A stretch of 63,546 nt of DNA, filler included, from Licmophora abbreviata (lineage: Eukaryota): assembly GCA_900291995.1 (NCBI GenBank). It is 11 parts of 11 records of this genome, joined end to end, with 100 filler letters (N's around TTAATTAATTAA, not from the genome) between each part and the next. Parts side by side here need not be neighbours in the genome. Positions count along the whole stretch, not along the records: positions 1 to 12,553 come from OLMU01002702.1; 10 more parts are not named here. One strand, written 5' to 3'. This document shows positions 1 to 11,274 of the stretch, piece by piece. Position 1 is the stretch's first letter. The number at the start of each line of letters is the position of its first letter. The position numbers and the translations under genes were made by a program. The notes under the pieces are model-generated. The model ran no database searches and was not told where the DNA came from. It saw only the letters and a list, made by a program, of their open reading frames with translations.

Positions 1-254
1 TGTCGAATACAGACAGTGACGCATCCTTGTCCTGCGAAAGCCTTCGGGCCAGACGAATTCCACCACGAGGTCCCCGCATAAATGATGCTGCGGTGACCAA
101 GCCATGCACTTCCGACCACTAGCACGACAAGTGGTAAGTTTTCCTCTGCCGATGATTGTTGATACTGCTTTTCGGGCTTGTACACATCCAGACTCTGCTC
201 AAACGACTGCTGGTCGGTATAGTAGTAGCGATGACATTCCGTTGGTCTTTGCAT
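1..254 (-). CDS. Alpha/beta hydrolase (carboxylesterase / isoprenylcysteine methylesterase-like), 5' part; runs off the window
   Basis: Not in the ORF track because there is no stop before the edge. My translation from ATG 254 is MQRPTECHRYYYTDQQSFEQSLDVYKPEK...LPLVVLVVGSAWLGHRS...KAFAGQGCVTVCIR, matching the LDVYxP...PxVxxxHGGAW start of HSL/BD-FAE-like esterases. Confidence 0.6.
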   Translation of the reverse strand, partial: MQRPTECHRYYYTDQQSFEQSLDVYKPEKQYQQSSAEENLPLVVLVVGSAWLGHRSIIYAGTSWWNSSGPKAFAGQGCVTVCIR

Positions 255-461
255 GGTGCTGAAATGCACAGCACGACGAGCGGCATGGCATCGAATGAGT
301 GGTCAAAATGGAGTGTGGTTGTCGCTCGCGTCGTCATTCGTCATCGCGCCCTCTCGCGTCGTCCATGCTAAAATCAGCGCGGCACGCGCTGATTTTCATT
401 TTCCACTTTCTGCCATCCAACAATCAATCAGTCTAGACTATAGAAATACTCTACTCCTAGC

Positions 462-1754
462 TCATAGCTGGTACACAGGTTCGCATCCATCGGCGGTGTC
501 GTTGAGAGGAAGCAGAATGGTCCAAAGAGGACTTGTTGGTGGTGGATCACGACCATACAACTTGCGAAACTCGTACAGCTTTCCCGTCATGCGAAACCAC
601 GCATACTTGCCTTGACCCACCAAGTTGCGACGCTGTGGAAGGGTCATGGATTGCGAAGGAATTGTCAGGTTTGGAGACCAATCACTGTCTTGCAGGTTGA
701 CATTGGCCAGGTCGGCAAGCTCTCGTGGGAATGCGTCGCAGGGTCGTAAGTCGGGGTGATTGAATACCCAGTACTCCCAGTTGAAGCGCCCGAGCGACAG
801 GGCTTGATTTGTTCCATCATACTCCACGCCGTCCAGAGGCGGTGTTAAGCACCGGAACATGGCCTTCTTCAGAGGGTCGAAGAGCTCGTCGAACATTGCA
901 ACACGCTGCGGTCGATACTGGTCGGGTGGTAGCAGTTTGTTCACGTATTGACAGTCTGCAGTCCAAAAGTTTCCAGGAGCATGCCAATAAGGCCATAAGC
1001 TAAAGCGCGTCGTGCAGACATTACATCGATCGCGAGGCATCGTCTGACACTCGTCCGAAACAACCACCCTCGTGCTGATGGCTCGCTTCAAGTGATTCAT
1101 GAAATGATCTGAGTAGCTGCCCTTGTCGTGAATGTAGGTGACGCGTGCGAACGGATGTTCGACACAATATTCATGCAATGACTGAAGTGTGACATCCTCA
1201 TATCCTTGCTGGACATACCTGAGTCTTTGACACGTCAAACCAGGTCGACAAAATCGATCTTGCGAATGAGGCACATGAAGTCCAATGAGCGAATAGTAGA
1301 CGATGCGCTCCCCGCGAGCAGTAACAGTACTGGTCTCTTCGATTTGCTTGAGCTGTTCTTGCACAATATAGAAGGCAAACTCTCGTCTGGTAGTATCTGC
1401 GTTGGGGTCAATGAAAATGTTGAAAAAGATGGCGTCGTGTTCGGACGATGACGCGTTTCGTGGCGGCGGCGAGACCATGCTGCGGCGAGGTGTAGCGCGT
1501 GTCGTCGTCGTTGTGGCGGTCGTTTTGACGTATCGTATCCCCCCAGTGACATTTTGGAATGGTGTAGCACTGGATGTCGCATTTCTCCGTCGCGGAGGTA
1601 AGTCCGGCATGTCAGCATCGTGCAAGTTGGCATCATGATAAGGATTCATCATTGCAGCCCCTCGAGACAGAGCAATTCTGGCGCTCAAGAGGGAGTACAA
1701 GGACAGTGCTGACATTGCAAGCGCCAAGGACAAACGAAACAGGGCAGATCTCAT
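462..1754 (-). CDS. Uncharacterised type II membrane/secreted protein, putative glycosyltransferase-like
   Basis: Intronless ORF with probable start MRSALFRLSLALAMSALSLYSLL (hydrophobic anchor), a Thr/Pro-rich stem, then a Cys-containing globular domain with YIHDKGSY, HAPGNFWTADCQYV and RFNWEYWV motifs. Function is inference. Confidence 0.6.
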   Translation of the reverse strand: MRSALFRLSLALAMSALSLYSLLSARIALSRGAAMMNPYHDANLHDADMPDLPPRRRNATSSATPFQNVTGGIRYVKTTATTTTTRATPRRSMVSPPPRNASSSEHDAIFFNIFIDPNADTTRREFAFYIVQEQLKQIEETSTVTARGERIVYYSLIGLHVPHSQDRFCRPGLTCQRLRYVQQGYEDVTLQSLHEYCVEHPFARVTYIHDKGSYSDHFMNHLKRAISTRVVVSDECQTMPRDRCNVCTTRFSLWPYWHAPGNFWTADCQYVNKLLPPDQYRPQRVAMFDELFDPLKKAMFRCLTPPLDGVEYDGTNQALSLGRFNWEYWVFNHPDLRPCDAFPRELADLANVNLQDSDWSPNLTIPSQSMTLPQRRNLVGQGKYAWFRMTGKLYEFRKLYGRDPPPTSPLWTILLPLNDTADGCEPVYQL

Positions 1755-2149
1755 GTCTCTACATGCAGTGGGGATGAAACTTTGAGAGATCGAGAAACAA
1801 AAAAGAAATCGACGGCAGCAAGATCCACATTGAACATGGTCGGTCGACATCACGCGATACCACATCATCTCGCTTGCTGAACTCTCACAGGATGGCATTT
1901 CTAATCCAATGTCATAGTATTCGGGACGGGATATCGCCGAATATCGGATACTTTGATTTTTTTGGCGCGAAAACGGTGGAGGCCAGACGGACTCAAAATT
2001 GCGACCATCGAAATCTTGAAATCTTGGTTCGATTTCGGAAGACATCACGCTGCTAGTGACAACACACCATGGCCGACACCAGGACATGCCGTGCTGAGTA
2101 GACCTATGCAGTACTACTCTATGCTATTGTATGTTTTCACGTTACCATC

Positions 2150-4531
2150 ATGGGAAAGAAAAAGACTAAAGATCCGTTGAAAAAAGCCGCACTCCAGGCG
2201 AAGAAAGAAGCCAAATCCGGCAAGGCCGCCCGAAAACGACTCCAAAAAGAAGCCAAGCAACATCAAGCAAGCAGTGATGCCAATCTCGACGGCGGGGAAG
2301 AGGCGGCCTTGGATGACCTACTCGAAGTATATCGTCAAAAGGACTTGCAAGTTCATAGTAGTGTGCTTGAACCGCTCCAGGAAGGATTTCCATTGCCCCG
2401 TGCGAATGCCACATTGACCCTGTGCGAAGACAATAAGCTTGGACATGTCTATCTGTTCGGTGGAGAGATCTACGATGGGGTCGAAAACATTGTCTTGGAC
2501 GAATTGCTGCGATGGGATGTCTCCAAGAACGAGTGGAAGCGACTGATGACACCGATGCCGCGTCCGGGGCCGCGCTGTGCACACACGACCGTGTACTATC
2601 GGAATGCCTTGTACGTACTTGGTGGGGAACTGGCAACTGCCGATCAGTACCATCATTACAAGGATATGTGGAGGCTTGACTTGACTTCACTTAAATGGGA
2701 AGAAATCGTTCCATCTCGCTCGACAGGAACCGTACCATCGGCCCGTAGTGGCCATGTTGCATTTGTCTGGAAGCATTTCATGGTTGTGTTCGGTGGCTTC
2801 TATGAGGCACTCCGAGATACACGATGGTACAATGATGTCTATGTCATGGACTTGCAGACTCTCACCTGGATGGATATTCCGCATTCCAAACTAGCTACAC
2901 GACCTGAGGCTCGCAGTGCCTGCAACGTCGGTTTGTTTGGAGACATGTCGTTGATTCATGGTGGATTCAGTAAGCTACCGAAAAGTACAGTCGCCCCCGA
3001 AACCAAATCCAAAGAAACCAAGGTACACACGGATGCATGGTGGCTGCATTTGAAACCTATCTTGCAAGGGAAAGCTCCTACATGGGAAAGAATATCGAAT
3101 CGGCAATTTAAGAGTAGCGCGTATCTGAACAATCGATCTGGAACGGCATCGGCGACTTACAAGAATCGAATGATAGTCTATGGAGGTGTTGTTGATACGG
3201 AGCAACATCATCATCGAGTCGATTCTGTCTTTTACAACGACTTGTTTGCATTTGATATGGAGCGACGCAAATGGTATCCAGTTCGAGCAAAGGTGGAGTC
3301 TACTGGTAGTGGAAAATCGAGGCGACGACGGAAAAAGGAACTTGACGACGACGACGACGAGGTGAGCGAGACCCTGGAAGTGAAGGTGATGGACCTAAAG
3401 AGAGAGGAAGAAGACGAGGAGAGTACCGACTCGGAGGAGGACGAAGAGAACGAAAATGGACAAACAGAAGCAAGCGGGTGGGACCTTGACATGTTGCGAT
3501 CCAACATGTTCGCGTTCATTGACGGAGAAGGGAATATCGTATACGAGAAGATGCACGATGACGAGAAAGATGGCTACGGTGCGGACTCGGGTGGACGCGA
3601 AAACATAGTTGGAAATAAAGGTGACAGCGAAGAGGAGGAGGATGAAGAGAAGGAAGAGGAAAAAGAAGAGACAAAAGAAGAAACATACATGTCGACGGAC
3701 GACGCAGGAGCTGCGGCTATAGGAGCTAGCGCGAGAGTTGTCACAGCGGACGATCACAATCATCACGCGGTCCCGTCTTCCGCTGTGCTAGCGTTAAACG
3801 AAGAAACTGGTACACCAGAGGCTGTTGCAAGAAGCGAACCACTTCCTCGAATCAACAGTACACTCGTCGTCCGAAACAATGTTCTGTATGTATACGGGGG
3901 GCTCATAGAGGTTGGCGACCGAGAGGTAACGCTCGACGACTGTTGGGCCTTTGATCTTCGTAAGCGCAACAAGTGGGAGTGCCTGTGGGAAGGAACGATG
4001 CACAGGCAGGTTTGGAGAGGAGCGGCTGTCGATGACGATGATAGCTATGTGAGTACCGAGCAAGGTGGGGACGAGGAGCTTGGCAGTGATGCAAGCAACG
4101 ATGAGTTCGATCCTGCGGCGAAATCAGCCAAGAATACTTCAACGAAACAAAAGGGCAAGCGGGCTGGTCTACGACAGGAAATTACTGAACTCAAGCTGAA
4201 GCTAGATTTGGACGATCCCCATCGCACACCCCAGGCGGGTGAAGTCATGGCAGATTTCTACTCGCGCACCGCTGAATACTGGAATGTTCAGGCATCCCAG
4301 CGCTTTGCGGAAAACAGCTCCCGGATGTCCGAAACGGAAAAGCCTTCAAGCAAGGAAATGAAGCGAGAGGGGTTTAGCCTTGCTAAGTCGCGATACGACG
4401 AATTACTCCCTGTCTTAGAACGACTCAACGAGCTCGACTTGCAGCAAAAGGAAGCGGAGGAGGCTCGAAAGGTCCGAAAGGCAGAAAAGGCCAAGACAGA
4501 GACCAGACGAACGAACCGAAGGAGTCGGTAA
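2150..4531 (+). CDS. KLHDC4: Kelch domain-containing protein 4-like (Kel3/KLHDC4, C-terminal DUF4110-like domain)
   Basis: 793-aa ORF with a basic MGKKK N-terminus, kelch repeats (PLPRANATL, LFGGE, PGPRCAH, PSARSGH, VFGGF), acidic inserts and a C-terminal TPQAGEVMADFYSRTAEYW motif. Confidence 0.85.
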   Translation: MGKKKTKDPLKKAALQAKKEAKSGKAARKRLQKEAKQHQASSDANLDGGEEAALDDLLEVYRQKDLQVHSSVLEPLQEGFPLPRANATLTLCEDNKLGHVYLFGGEIYDGVENIVLDELLRWDVSKNEWKRLMTPMPRPGPRCAHTTVYYRNALYVLGGELATADQYHHYKDMWRLDLTSLKWEEIVPSRSTGTVPSARSGHVAFVWKHFMVVFGGFYEALRDTRWYNDVYVMDLQTLTWMDIPHSKLATRPEARSACNVGLFGDMSLIHGGFSKLPKSTVAPETKSKETKVHTDAWWLHLKPILQGKAPTWERISNRQFKSSAYLNNRSGTASATYKNRMIVYGGVVDTEQHHHRVDSVFYNDLFAFDMERRKWYPVRAKVESTGSGKSRRRRKKELDDDDDEVSETLEVKVMDLKREEEDEESTDSEEDEENENGQTEASGWDLDMLRSNMFAFIDGEGNIVYEKMHDDEKDGYGADSGGRENIVGNKGDSEEEEDEEKEEEKEETKEETYMSTDDAGAAAIGASARVVTADDHNHHAVPSSAVLALNEETGTPEAVARSEPLPRINSTLVVRNNVLYVYGGLIEVGDREVTLDDCWAFDLRKRNKWECLWEGTMHRQVWRGAAVDDDDSYVSTEQGGDEELGSDASNDEFDPAAKSAKNTSTKQKGKRAGLRQEITELKLKLDLDDPHRTPQAGEVMADFYSRTAEYWNVQASQRFAENSSRMSETEKPSSKEMKREGFSLAKSRYDELLPVLERLNELDLQQKEAEEARKVRKAEKAKTETRRTNRRSR

Positions 4532-4602
4532 CGAAAATAATCTCTCTTAATTACATGAATGCTTCACGCGAATACTCGATCTAACTGTTGCACTGAAACT
4601 GG

Positions 4603-6626
4603 TTAAGGTATACACCGGTTTGGATCTCGCGGGAACATGGAAGCTTTTCGTACGTTATCAAGCCCCAAGTACAGGAACACAACCCGTTCGAGACCGATTC
4701 CAGCTCCAGCGTGTGGGCTCACCCCATGACGGAACGAATCGACATATGCCTCTAGACCCTCACCTGGCTCGATGCACTTTTCCTTTAGAATTTCCAGAAC
4801 TAGGTCAGGATCGTGACATCGTTGGGCACCAGAACAAATCTCCTGACCGCGAATGAACATGTCGTACGAGTTGGAGAAGCGAGCATCATCCGGACACGGC
4901 ATTGTATAGAAGGGCCGTATCACAGAGGGATACTTGTCGAGCATGAAAAAGTCAGTTCCGTACTTTTCCTTCACCACTTCGCCCAGCGCCGATTCCATGG
5001 CACCACTTAGATCGCCCATACCATCGCCAATATCAAAGCCCTTTTCGCCAAGAATTTCCATCGCTTCTTGCCAGTGCAGCACACAGGGCTCGTCTGTAAA
5101 CTGGACAGGTTCCGACTTGTACTGCTCGCGAATGACACCGAGCTCCTTACTATAGCGCGATTCCAGTCCTTCAAAGATATGCTTGAACATGGTGTGAATC
5201 ACCTCCAGTGTCTCCACATAATGATCTTGGATTGTCATTTCTAGATCCAAGCCAGTGAACTCACATAAGTGTCGTCGCGTATTGGAATTCTCGGCACGAA
5301 ACACCGGTCCGATTTCAAAGACTCGCTCGAGATCTGACGAAATAGCCATTTGCTTGTAGAGCTGTGGCGACTGTGCCAAACACGCCGTCGTGCCAAAGTA
5401 GTCCGTCGTAAAGACCCCCGCGCCGCTTTCGCTTTCGCCTGCAATGAGTTTCGGCGTGTGAATTTCGACAAAGTTCTGCGCATACAAGGATTCGCGAAAG
5501 AGCTGGCAAATGGCAGACTGAATTCTCATAATGGCATTGTTGGCGGGAGCCCGTAAGTCCATCCAGCGATGGTCCAACCTAATTTCCTAAAGACATGGAC
5601 AGATACCGAAGAAACGAGAGAATAAGCAATCGTCGTGTGCAATATTCGAGTTTTCGCATGTAAACACACGTACCTGCCCGAGCCGAGGAAATGGACGATC
5701 GGTAGTCTGCGATGCTTCGATAACTTCATCGCTTCTCGCGGCATCTTCTACCAAGAATGGCAACTGCGCCGCGGCTTTGGATACAGAATGAATCCTCTGA
5801 ATGTTGATTTCCAGATGGGATACGGAACACGATTTGACGTCAGCCTCTACCAACGTTCCCTCCAAGTCAATTACGCTCTCCTCCGTGAGCGTTTTCAAGT
5901 ACTTGATCATTTTCTGGGACCGCTCTGGATTTTCTTTGTCTTTGAAGTAGCACGCCTGAACCGTATGAAATGAATCTTGGCGCAGAACCAGAAAACATGA
6001 GCCTCCCTTGACCCGAATCGATTGCAATCGACCCCTCAGCCACACCGTGTCTCCCGGATTATGAGAATCATGGCTACTGGATGAAGAATCTTGTTCCAAG
6101 TCCCGCACACGCACAAAGTCCCTTCCAGACTGGGATCGACTCATTACGCGTGCGTAGTCTCCAAAGGGTTCGTAGTTGGACTGCTCTGCGTGCGAGAGGT
6201 AGGTCACATCATGGATCCGTTCGGAAGCCTCACGAGCAGCCTGCTGCGCTGCCTTTTGTGCTTTCTTTTCAGTCTTGACTCGTTCCTTGTCAGCTCTGCC
6301 CGAGAACAACGACAGCGAATGAGTGTGGCGAACATTACGGCTTGCAAGTTGGAAGTTAAATGTAGACTCGTAGCACCGTTGAGCGAGTTATTGCATGACG
6401 TAGTATACGACACTTACTTTCGTTGCTCCCTTGCTGCTTTGATTAGGGCCTTTTCTTCTTCCGTTTTGGGGGTGTCCGTATCAGGTTCCTGAACAGACAT
6501 CCAGCGTCGCGTCGTAAGGCTGTCCGTGGTGGTGAATACCGATGAAGCAGCAGCACTACGTAGAGTAGGTCTACTCATGCCAACGGGAAGTTTGACCAGG
6601 AGGGCGGCTGACCGTCGGCTCCACAT
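4603..6626 (-). CDS. DARS1: Aspartate--tRNA ligase, eukaryotic cytosolic type, with an N-terminal extension; 3 exons (6626 or 6500..6418, 6295..5674, 5586..4603)
   Basis: OB-fold anticodon domain (VWLRGRLQSIR...FLVLRQ) and class II motifs LAQSPQLYKQ, FRAENSNTRRHLCEF, GAGIGLER, FPRDP. GT-AG introns 6296-6417 and 5587-5673 keep the frame. Confidence 0.93.
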
Positions 6627-6915
6627 GGCCACCGAAATCAGCAACACCGAAGGTCGGAATGAGACAAAAAACATGAAACCGAAGTCCGGGCAGTCTTGAC
6701 GACGATGGTGACTGCAGGCGAGATTCAGATTTCCTCCGTCGTCAACTTCGTCATGAGCAGCATGATCACAGGCATGAACCCAACAATCGTCACCCATCAA
6801 ACGAAAACGGATTCGAGACTGTGGTCGGGGGTCGCAGCACATAACCTATCGCAATTGACGTCAAATTTGCGGGAAGGTATGTCAGTCGTCCTACGGTACT
6901 TTTGTCGATGCGTCC

Positions 6916-7674
6916 ATGGCGACGATGCCGTCGCTTGCACCACTGTGCCATCTTCTCTCTGTTTTGATTCTTTCTACTACTTCCTATAGCTATGCACCAT
7001 GGTCCGTTCACAAAACGAAGATGGATAGCGGAGTCCAGTCCGTCTTTCAAGCCCGACATCATCATTTGGCTGCATCGTCCACCACCAATGACGAAGACGG
7101 CACCGTCCCTCCGAACCTAAACCGCCGCCCCAAAGTCATTGTCTTTGATCTCGACGGATGTTTATGGCGACCTGAAATGTATGAGCTCCTATGGGAGGGT
7201 CGAGGGGCGCCCTTTTCACCAATCGATGACGACGACTTGACCAAACTCAAAAGTGCCACTGGGACTGTCGTCGAACTAGTCGGTGACGTAGCAGAGGTAC
7301 TGGATGAGCTATACACGAGTCCAGAGTGGTCTGGTACTATCTCTGCACTGTCCTCCCGTACGGACGAACCATCGTGGGCTCGAGAGCTGCTGCAGAAGTT
7401 TACGTTGCCCCTGTCGCAGGTGACACTGGAGCAAGTCTTCACAGGTCCACGAGAGATTGCACACGATAGCAAGACGCTGCATTTTGCGCGCATCGCGGCT
7501 AGTACGGGTGTTGATATGACGGACATGGTCTTTTTGGACAATGAAATCGGGAACTGTCGACAAATATCAAAACTGGGAGTTACGGTAGCCCATTGCCCCG
7601 AGGGAGTGACACGCGAAGTATTCGACAGGGTAATAGAGTGTTTTCCGAGCATGTGGGGAGAAGTCGTGTCGTAG
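6916..7674 (+). CDS. Magnesium-dependent phosphatase 1 (MDP-1, HAD family), probably plastid-targeted
   Basis: Motifs VIVFDLDGCLW, SSRT, K..HF and FLDNE..N. The N-terminus is a signal peptide with an SYS-YAP cleavage-like site followed by a transit-like segment. Confidence 0.8.
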   Translation: MATMPSLAPLCHLLSVLILSTTSYSYAPWSVHKTKMDSGVQSVFQARHHHLAASSTTNDEDGTVPPNLNRRPKVIVFDLDGCLWRPEMYELLWEGRGAPFSPIDDDDLTKLKSATGTVVELVGDVAEVLDELYTSPEWSGTISALSSRTDEPSWARELLQKFTLPLSQVTLEQVFTGPREIAHDSKTLHFARIAASTGVDMTDMVFLDNEIGNCRQISKLGVTVAHCPEGVTREVFDRVIECFPSMWGEVVS

Positions 7675-7753
7675 CAATAGCAACAACATTGATACCCGTA
7701 TGTACTCTATTCTGAACTGGTATAGTAGTGTTCGATTTCTATTTGTGGGTCTC

Positions 7754-10033
7754 CTAGGTATTCCACTTGGCAGCCTCTCCCATCATCTGAGAGCGACCCT
7801 TCAGCTCGTACTTGCCGTACTTTTTCCACTTTTCTGCCACAGGGACGACAGACTTTGGTTCAGGGACGCGATGCCAGATGTTAAAGTCTTTCACTTCGAA
7901 TGGTCTCCCGGCATCTTCCTCTGTTACTTCTTCTCGTTGTCCATCATCTTCGCCATCAATACCGACTCCACCACAGACATGAATCGTTCCATTGAGAGCG
8001 ACGATGATGGAATGCACGTAACCACAATCCACGTCCACGGCCTTGACTGGTTCCCCCGTGGACGACGGCACTTGTACTCTGCGAGGTATCATCACATTTC
8101 CGTTCGACATGCCGAGACCAATCCTGCCTCGATCTGTCTTGCCCCAGGCATATACGTCGCCAGTAGTACTCACGGCCATGCTCATGTCCACTCCAGCGCT
8201 CATTTGCATAATCTGCACGCCCTCGTTGACTATGGAAAGAAAGGACGGTACGAACACAACGGTGCCATAAGAGCGAGTCTAGCAAACCGTCTCCTTCCCA
8301 GACCAATGCGCAACCAGCGCAATCGACTTACCGAATTCTATAATCTTCATAGGATACATGTGCGAAATGTTGTCTCCGTGACCGAGAGCTCCAGTGTTGC
8401 CCGTCCCGAACGAGTATAGGCCACCGCCAGCATCTAAGACGAGACTGTGTCGATGCCCTGCGCTCGCCCCGACAATCTTGATACCCTGCAATGAGTCAAT
8501 CACCATTGGTATACATTGATTGCTTGAATCGTCCAACGTCATGTTGGCCAATAAGTCGAGATGCAAACGAGTCTGCTCATCGAGGCCGTCCCTTCCCTCG
8601 TGTAACATGGCTGCCGCAACTGCGGGAACATCTGCGGGTATTTCGGGCTGCACAGCGACTGCAGGCTCTGCATCGGCTGGTGCCATACCCTCTCCAACAG
8701 GCACATCGACATCTCCACCCAACGCAATCACTGCAGCATCTGCATCGTAATCAAAGGGAGAAAAGCTCCTGCCCAAGACACCAAAGTGCCCGAGTCCCAT
8801 GCTCCAGACCTCCCCATCTTCCGTCACACACAATGAATGTCGAGCTCCACAAGCTATGGTTGCCACACACTCATCTTCCATACCACCTTGGACCACCTGT
8901 TTCGGCTCCAGCTGGGGACGCTTATCTCCGTGCCCGAGTTGCCCACAAAAGCCATCTCCCCAGGTATACAAGTCACCGTCGGACGTGACAGCTGCACTGT
9001 GCAACTCCCCAGCTGCAATGCAAGTAACCCTTAGATGTGACAATGCTTCAATGTACTGAGGTCGTAGAACGTCGGGCAATTGCTTTCCTGGCGAGTAGCC
9101 ATGGCCCAAGGCCCCGTACTGTCCGCTTCCGAACGAGAGGACTCGTCCAGATGCAGTAAGCAGTAGTGAATGGGCCACTCGCACCAACCCACCTCCGGCA
9201 GCCACTTGAACAACGCGAATACCGTATCCGAGGCCACCGAGTAGCATGCGGGGCAGTCGTTCGTCTTGGCGCTTGCCATGTCCAAGCTGTCCACGTTTGC
9301 CAACACCCCAGGAGGAGATGCCACTGCCCCCGGCACCGCACTTGGCGCCATCGCCACCCACACGACACAAAGAATGTTCCGGAGAGACCGATGCAAAACG
9401 CCCATTGACCCATGGAGGCAATCGTTCGGGTGCCTTGCTGCGAAATCCCATGGGAGCATAGCCCGATACGGCCTCTTCAACAAAGCGAGCATATGCAACG
9501 AACTCATCAGCGTCTCCGCGTCCCGTCTTGACAGAGTGTTTGCTCTTTTTCGTAATGATGCGTCTCGTATCACCTCCACCGAAGGACAGCTGGATCAGCG
9601 TACGAGCTTCTGCTTCGTCTCGGCACATATCAACCCGTCCCACGCTCGTTGCTTGCATCTCCGTCGACCGGTTCGGTTGATGAAGTCTCGAGAGTAGGAA
9701 GGGAATCCGAGCTTCGCGTATCGTGCGGTTGAGGAGCGTGCACGACATGCTGGTGTTTCCAATTTCTCGGGAAGCCATAAAGCAGAGTATCTGTCGCATG
9801 GTGTCTTCGGGAAGGTGGAGCAATGTCGAGTCCTGTGATTTGGACGAGTCTGTCAAAGTGGACGTCGACGATTGGTAGGGAGTCGCATCGTTGCCGTCGT
9901 TGTTCTTTTTGACTTCAGAGTCGATACTGTTTTCAGTCTCTTCCTTTTTCTCCTTGGCCTTCTTTCGGGCCTCCTTTCGTTGCTGGTGCAGCAACTTGCG
10001 CAGCTCCCGTTCCTCCTGAGACCGTGCTGGCAT
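7754..10033 (-). CDS. F-box + RCC1-repeat protein; 2 exons (intron 8230-8331)
   Basis: F-box-like [16 protein letters not shown]...C segment and multiple RCC1 repeats ([50 protein letters not shown]). A GT-AG intron joins the two ORFs in frame. Confidence 0.85.
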
Positions 10034-10389
10034 GGTCCTGGAGTCAAGCCGCAAGACGGGGACGACGTTGTGAGAAAGTGAAGACAAGTGAGAATCTAAA
10101 TTCGTGGCCAGAAATTGCGCGCGCCGGCGATTCAATATCGGACGACGACGGGACCCTGTGCTGATGATGACTCATCGTCATCGCACAAAAGTGAGGGGAC
10201 CGCATCGCGATGTGATGCTGATGCTGGTGATGATGACATCAGTGTCCGCATGACGGCCATGAGTAAACATACCACACTCGCGTTGCTTCATTCTTGCTGA
10301 GACAACTCGAGAAGCGACGCAGGGTCAGTTAATTGTGTTCACTGTCGACAGCACCGATACGTACGATATTCATTGTACCACGGCACACC

Positions 10390-11274
10390 ATGAGCTCCTT
10401 GAAATTATACGGGGTTCCCCTGTCTCAGCCCTTTCGATCTGTCGCTTGGACCTTGTTGCAGCGTCACCAACCGTTCGATATTGTGCTTACAGTGCCGGGT
10501 ATGACATCCAAGATTGGAGCTCGCAATGAGTCCTTTCTATCCCGGACGAAGGGGCGCATCGGACAAGTGCCCATGCTCGAAGTAATCACCACCACCCAAG
10601 GGACTGGTGAGAACCTCTGCATTTCGGAAAGCCCTGCCATCCTCGCACATGTCTGCGAACGATATGGCTGGAATCAGGATGATAGCATGCTTTATGATCG
10701 ACCCGGCTCGCCTCGCAAGGCACTCATTGATTCCTACCTCAGTTGGCATCATCTCGGCACTCGGGAGCTTGCGCTATTGGTACGTCCCCTGATTCGACCC
10801 GATCTCAAATTGGATGCGAACGATTCGCAAGCTCAAGAAAAAGCAAAGATGGTATTGGGCTCTCTCAATAATGGATGGCTTCAGGGGGATGATGTGTACA
10901 TTGCCGGTGGCGAGAAACCTTCCATCGCCGACATGCTGGCATACGAAGAAGTGGCTCAAATCAACATGACGGGTCTGTTGCTGGACGAAGAGTTGGAGCG
11001 TGACTTTCCCAATGTGATGACGTGGGTCAGAAGTATGCAAAAAGTCCCATATCATGATGCAATTCACGAATCGTTGCGAGTACTGGGCGACCTGGCGGAT
11101 ACAAATGACAACCAAACGCCAATTGCAAAGCGCCTCGGGGCGGCCACCAAGGCCGGACTGCAAGCCATCAAGGAAGCACAACAGATGGATAGTGGTAGTG
11201 GTAGCAGTAAGCTGAAGAGAGAAAGTCGCCTTTTGTTCTACTTGCCCATTGTAGTCACGCACCGATGGCGCTGA
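10390..11274 (+). CDS. Glutathione S-transferase, theta-like
   Basis: MSSLKLYGVPLSQPFRSV (theta-type SQP), GQVPML, ISESPAIL, YLSWHH and PSIADML motifs. Confidence 0.88.
   Translation: MSSLKLYGVPLSQPFRSVAWTLLQRHQPFDIVLTVPGMTSKIGARNESFLSRTKGRIGQVPMLEVITTTQGTGENLCISESPAILAHVCERYGWNQDDSMLYDRPGSPRKALIDSYLSWHHLGTRELALLVRPLIRPDLKLDANDSQAQEKAKMVLGSLNNGWLQGDDVYIAGGEKPSIADMLAYEEVAQINMTGLLLDEELERDFPNVMTWVRSMQKVPYHDAIHESLRVLGDLADTNDNQTPIAKRLGAATKAGLQAIKEAQQMDSGSGSSKLKRESRLLFYLPIVVTHRWR

Noticed and set aside
7700..8419. Long antisense or overlapping ORFs (e.g. 7700-8419 +, 46992-47624 -, 59087-59695 -, 59762-60415 -)
   Set aside because: These are shadow ORFs opposite well-supported genes in fairly GC-rich coding DNA, with no motifs of their own.
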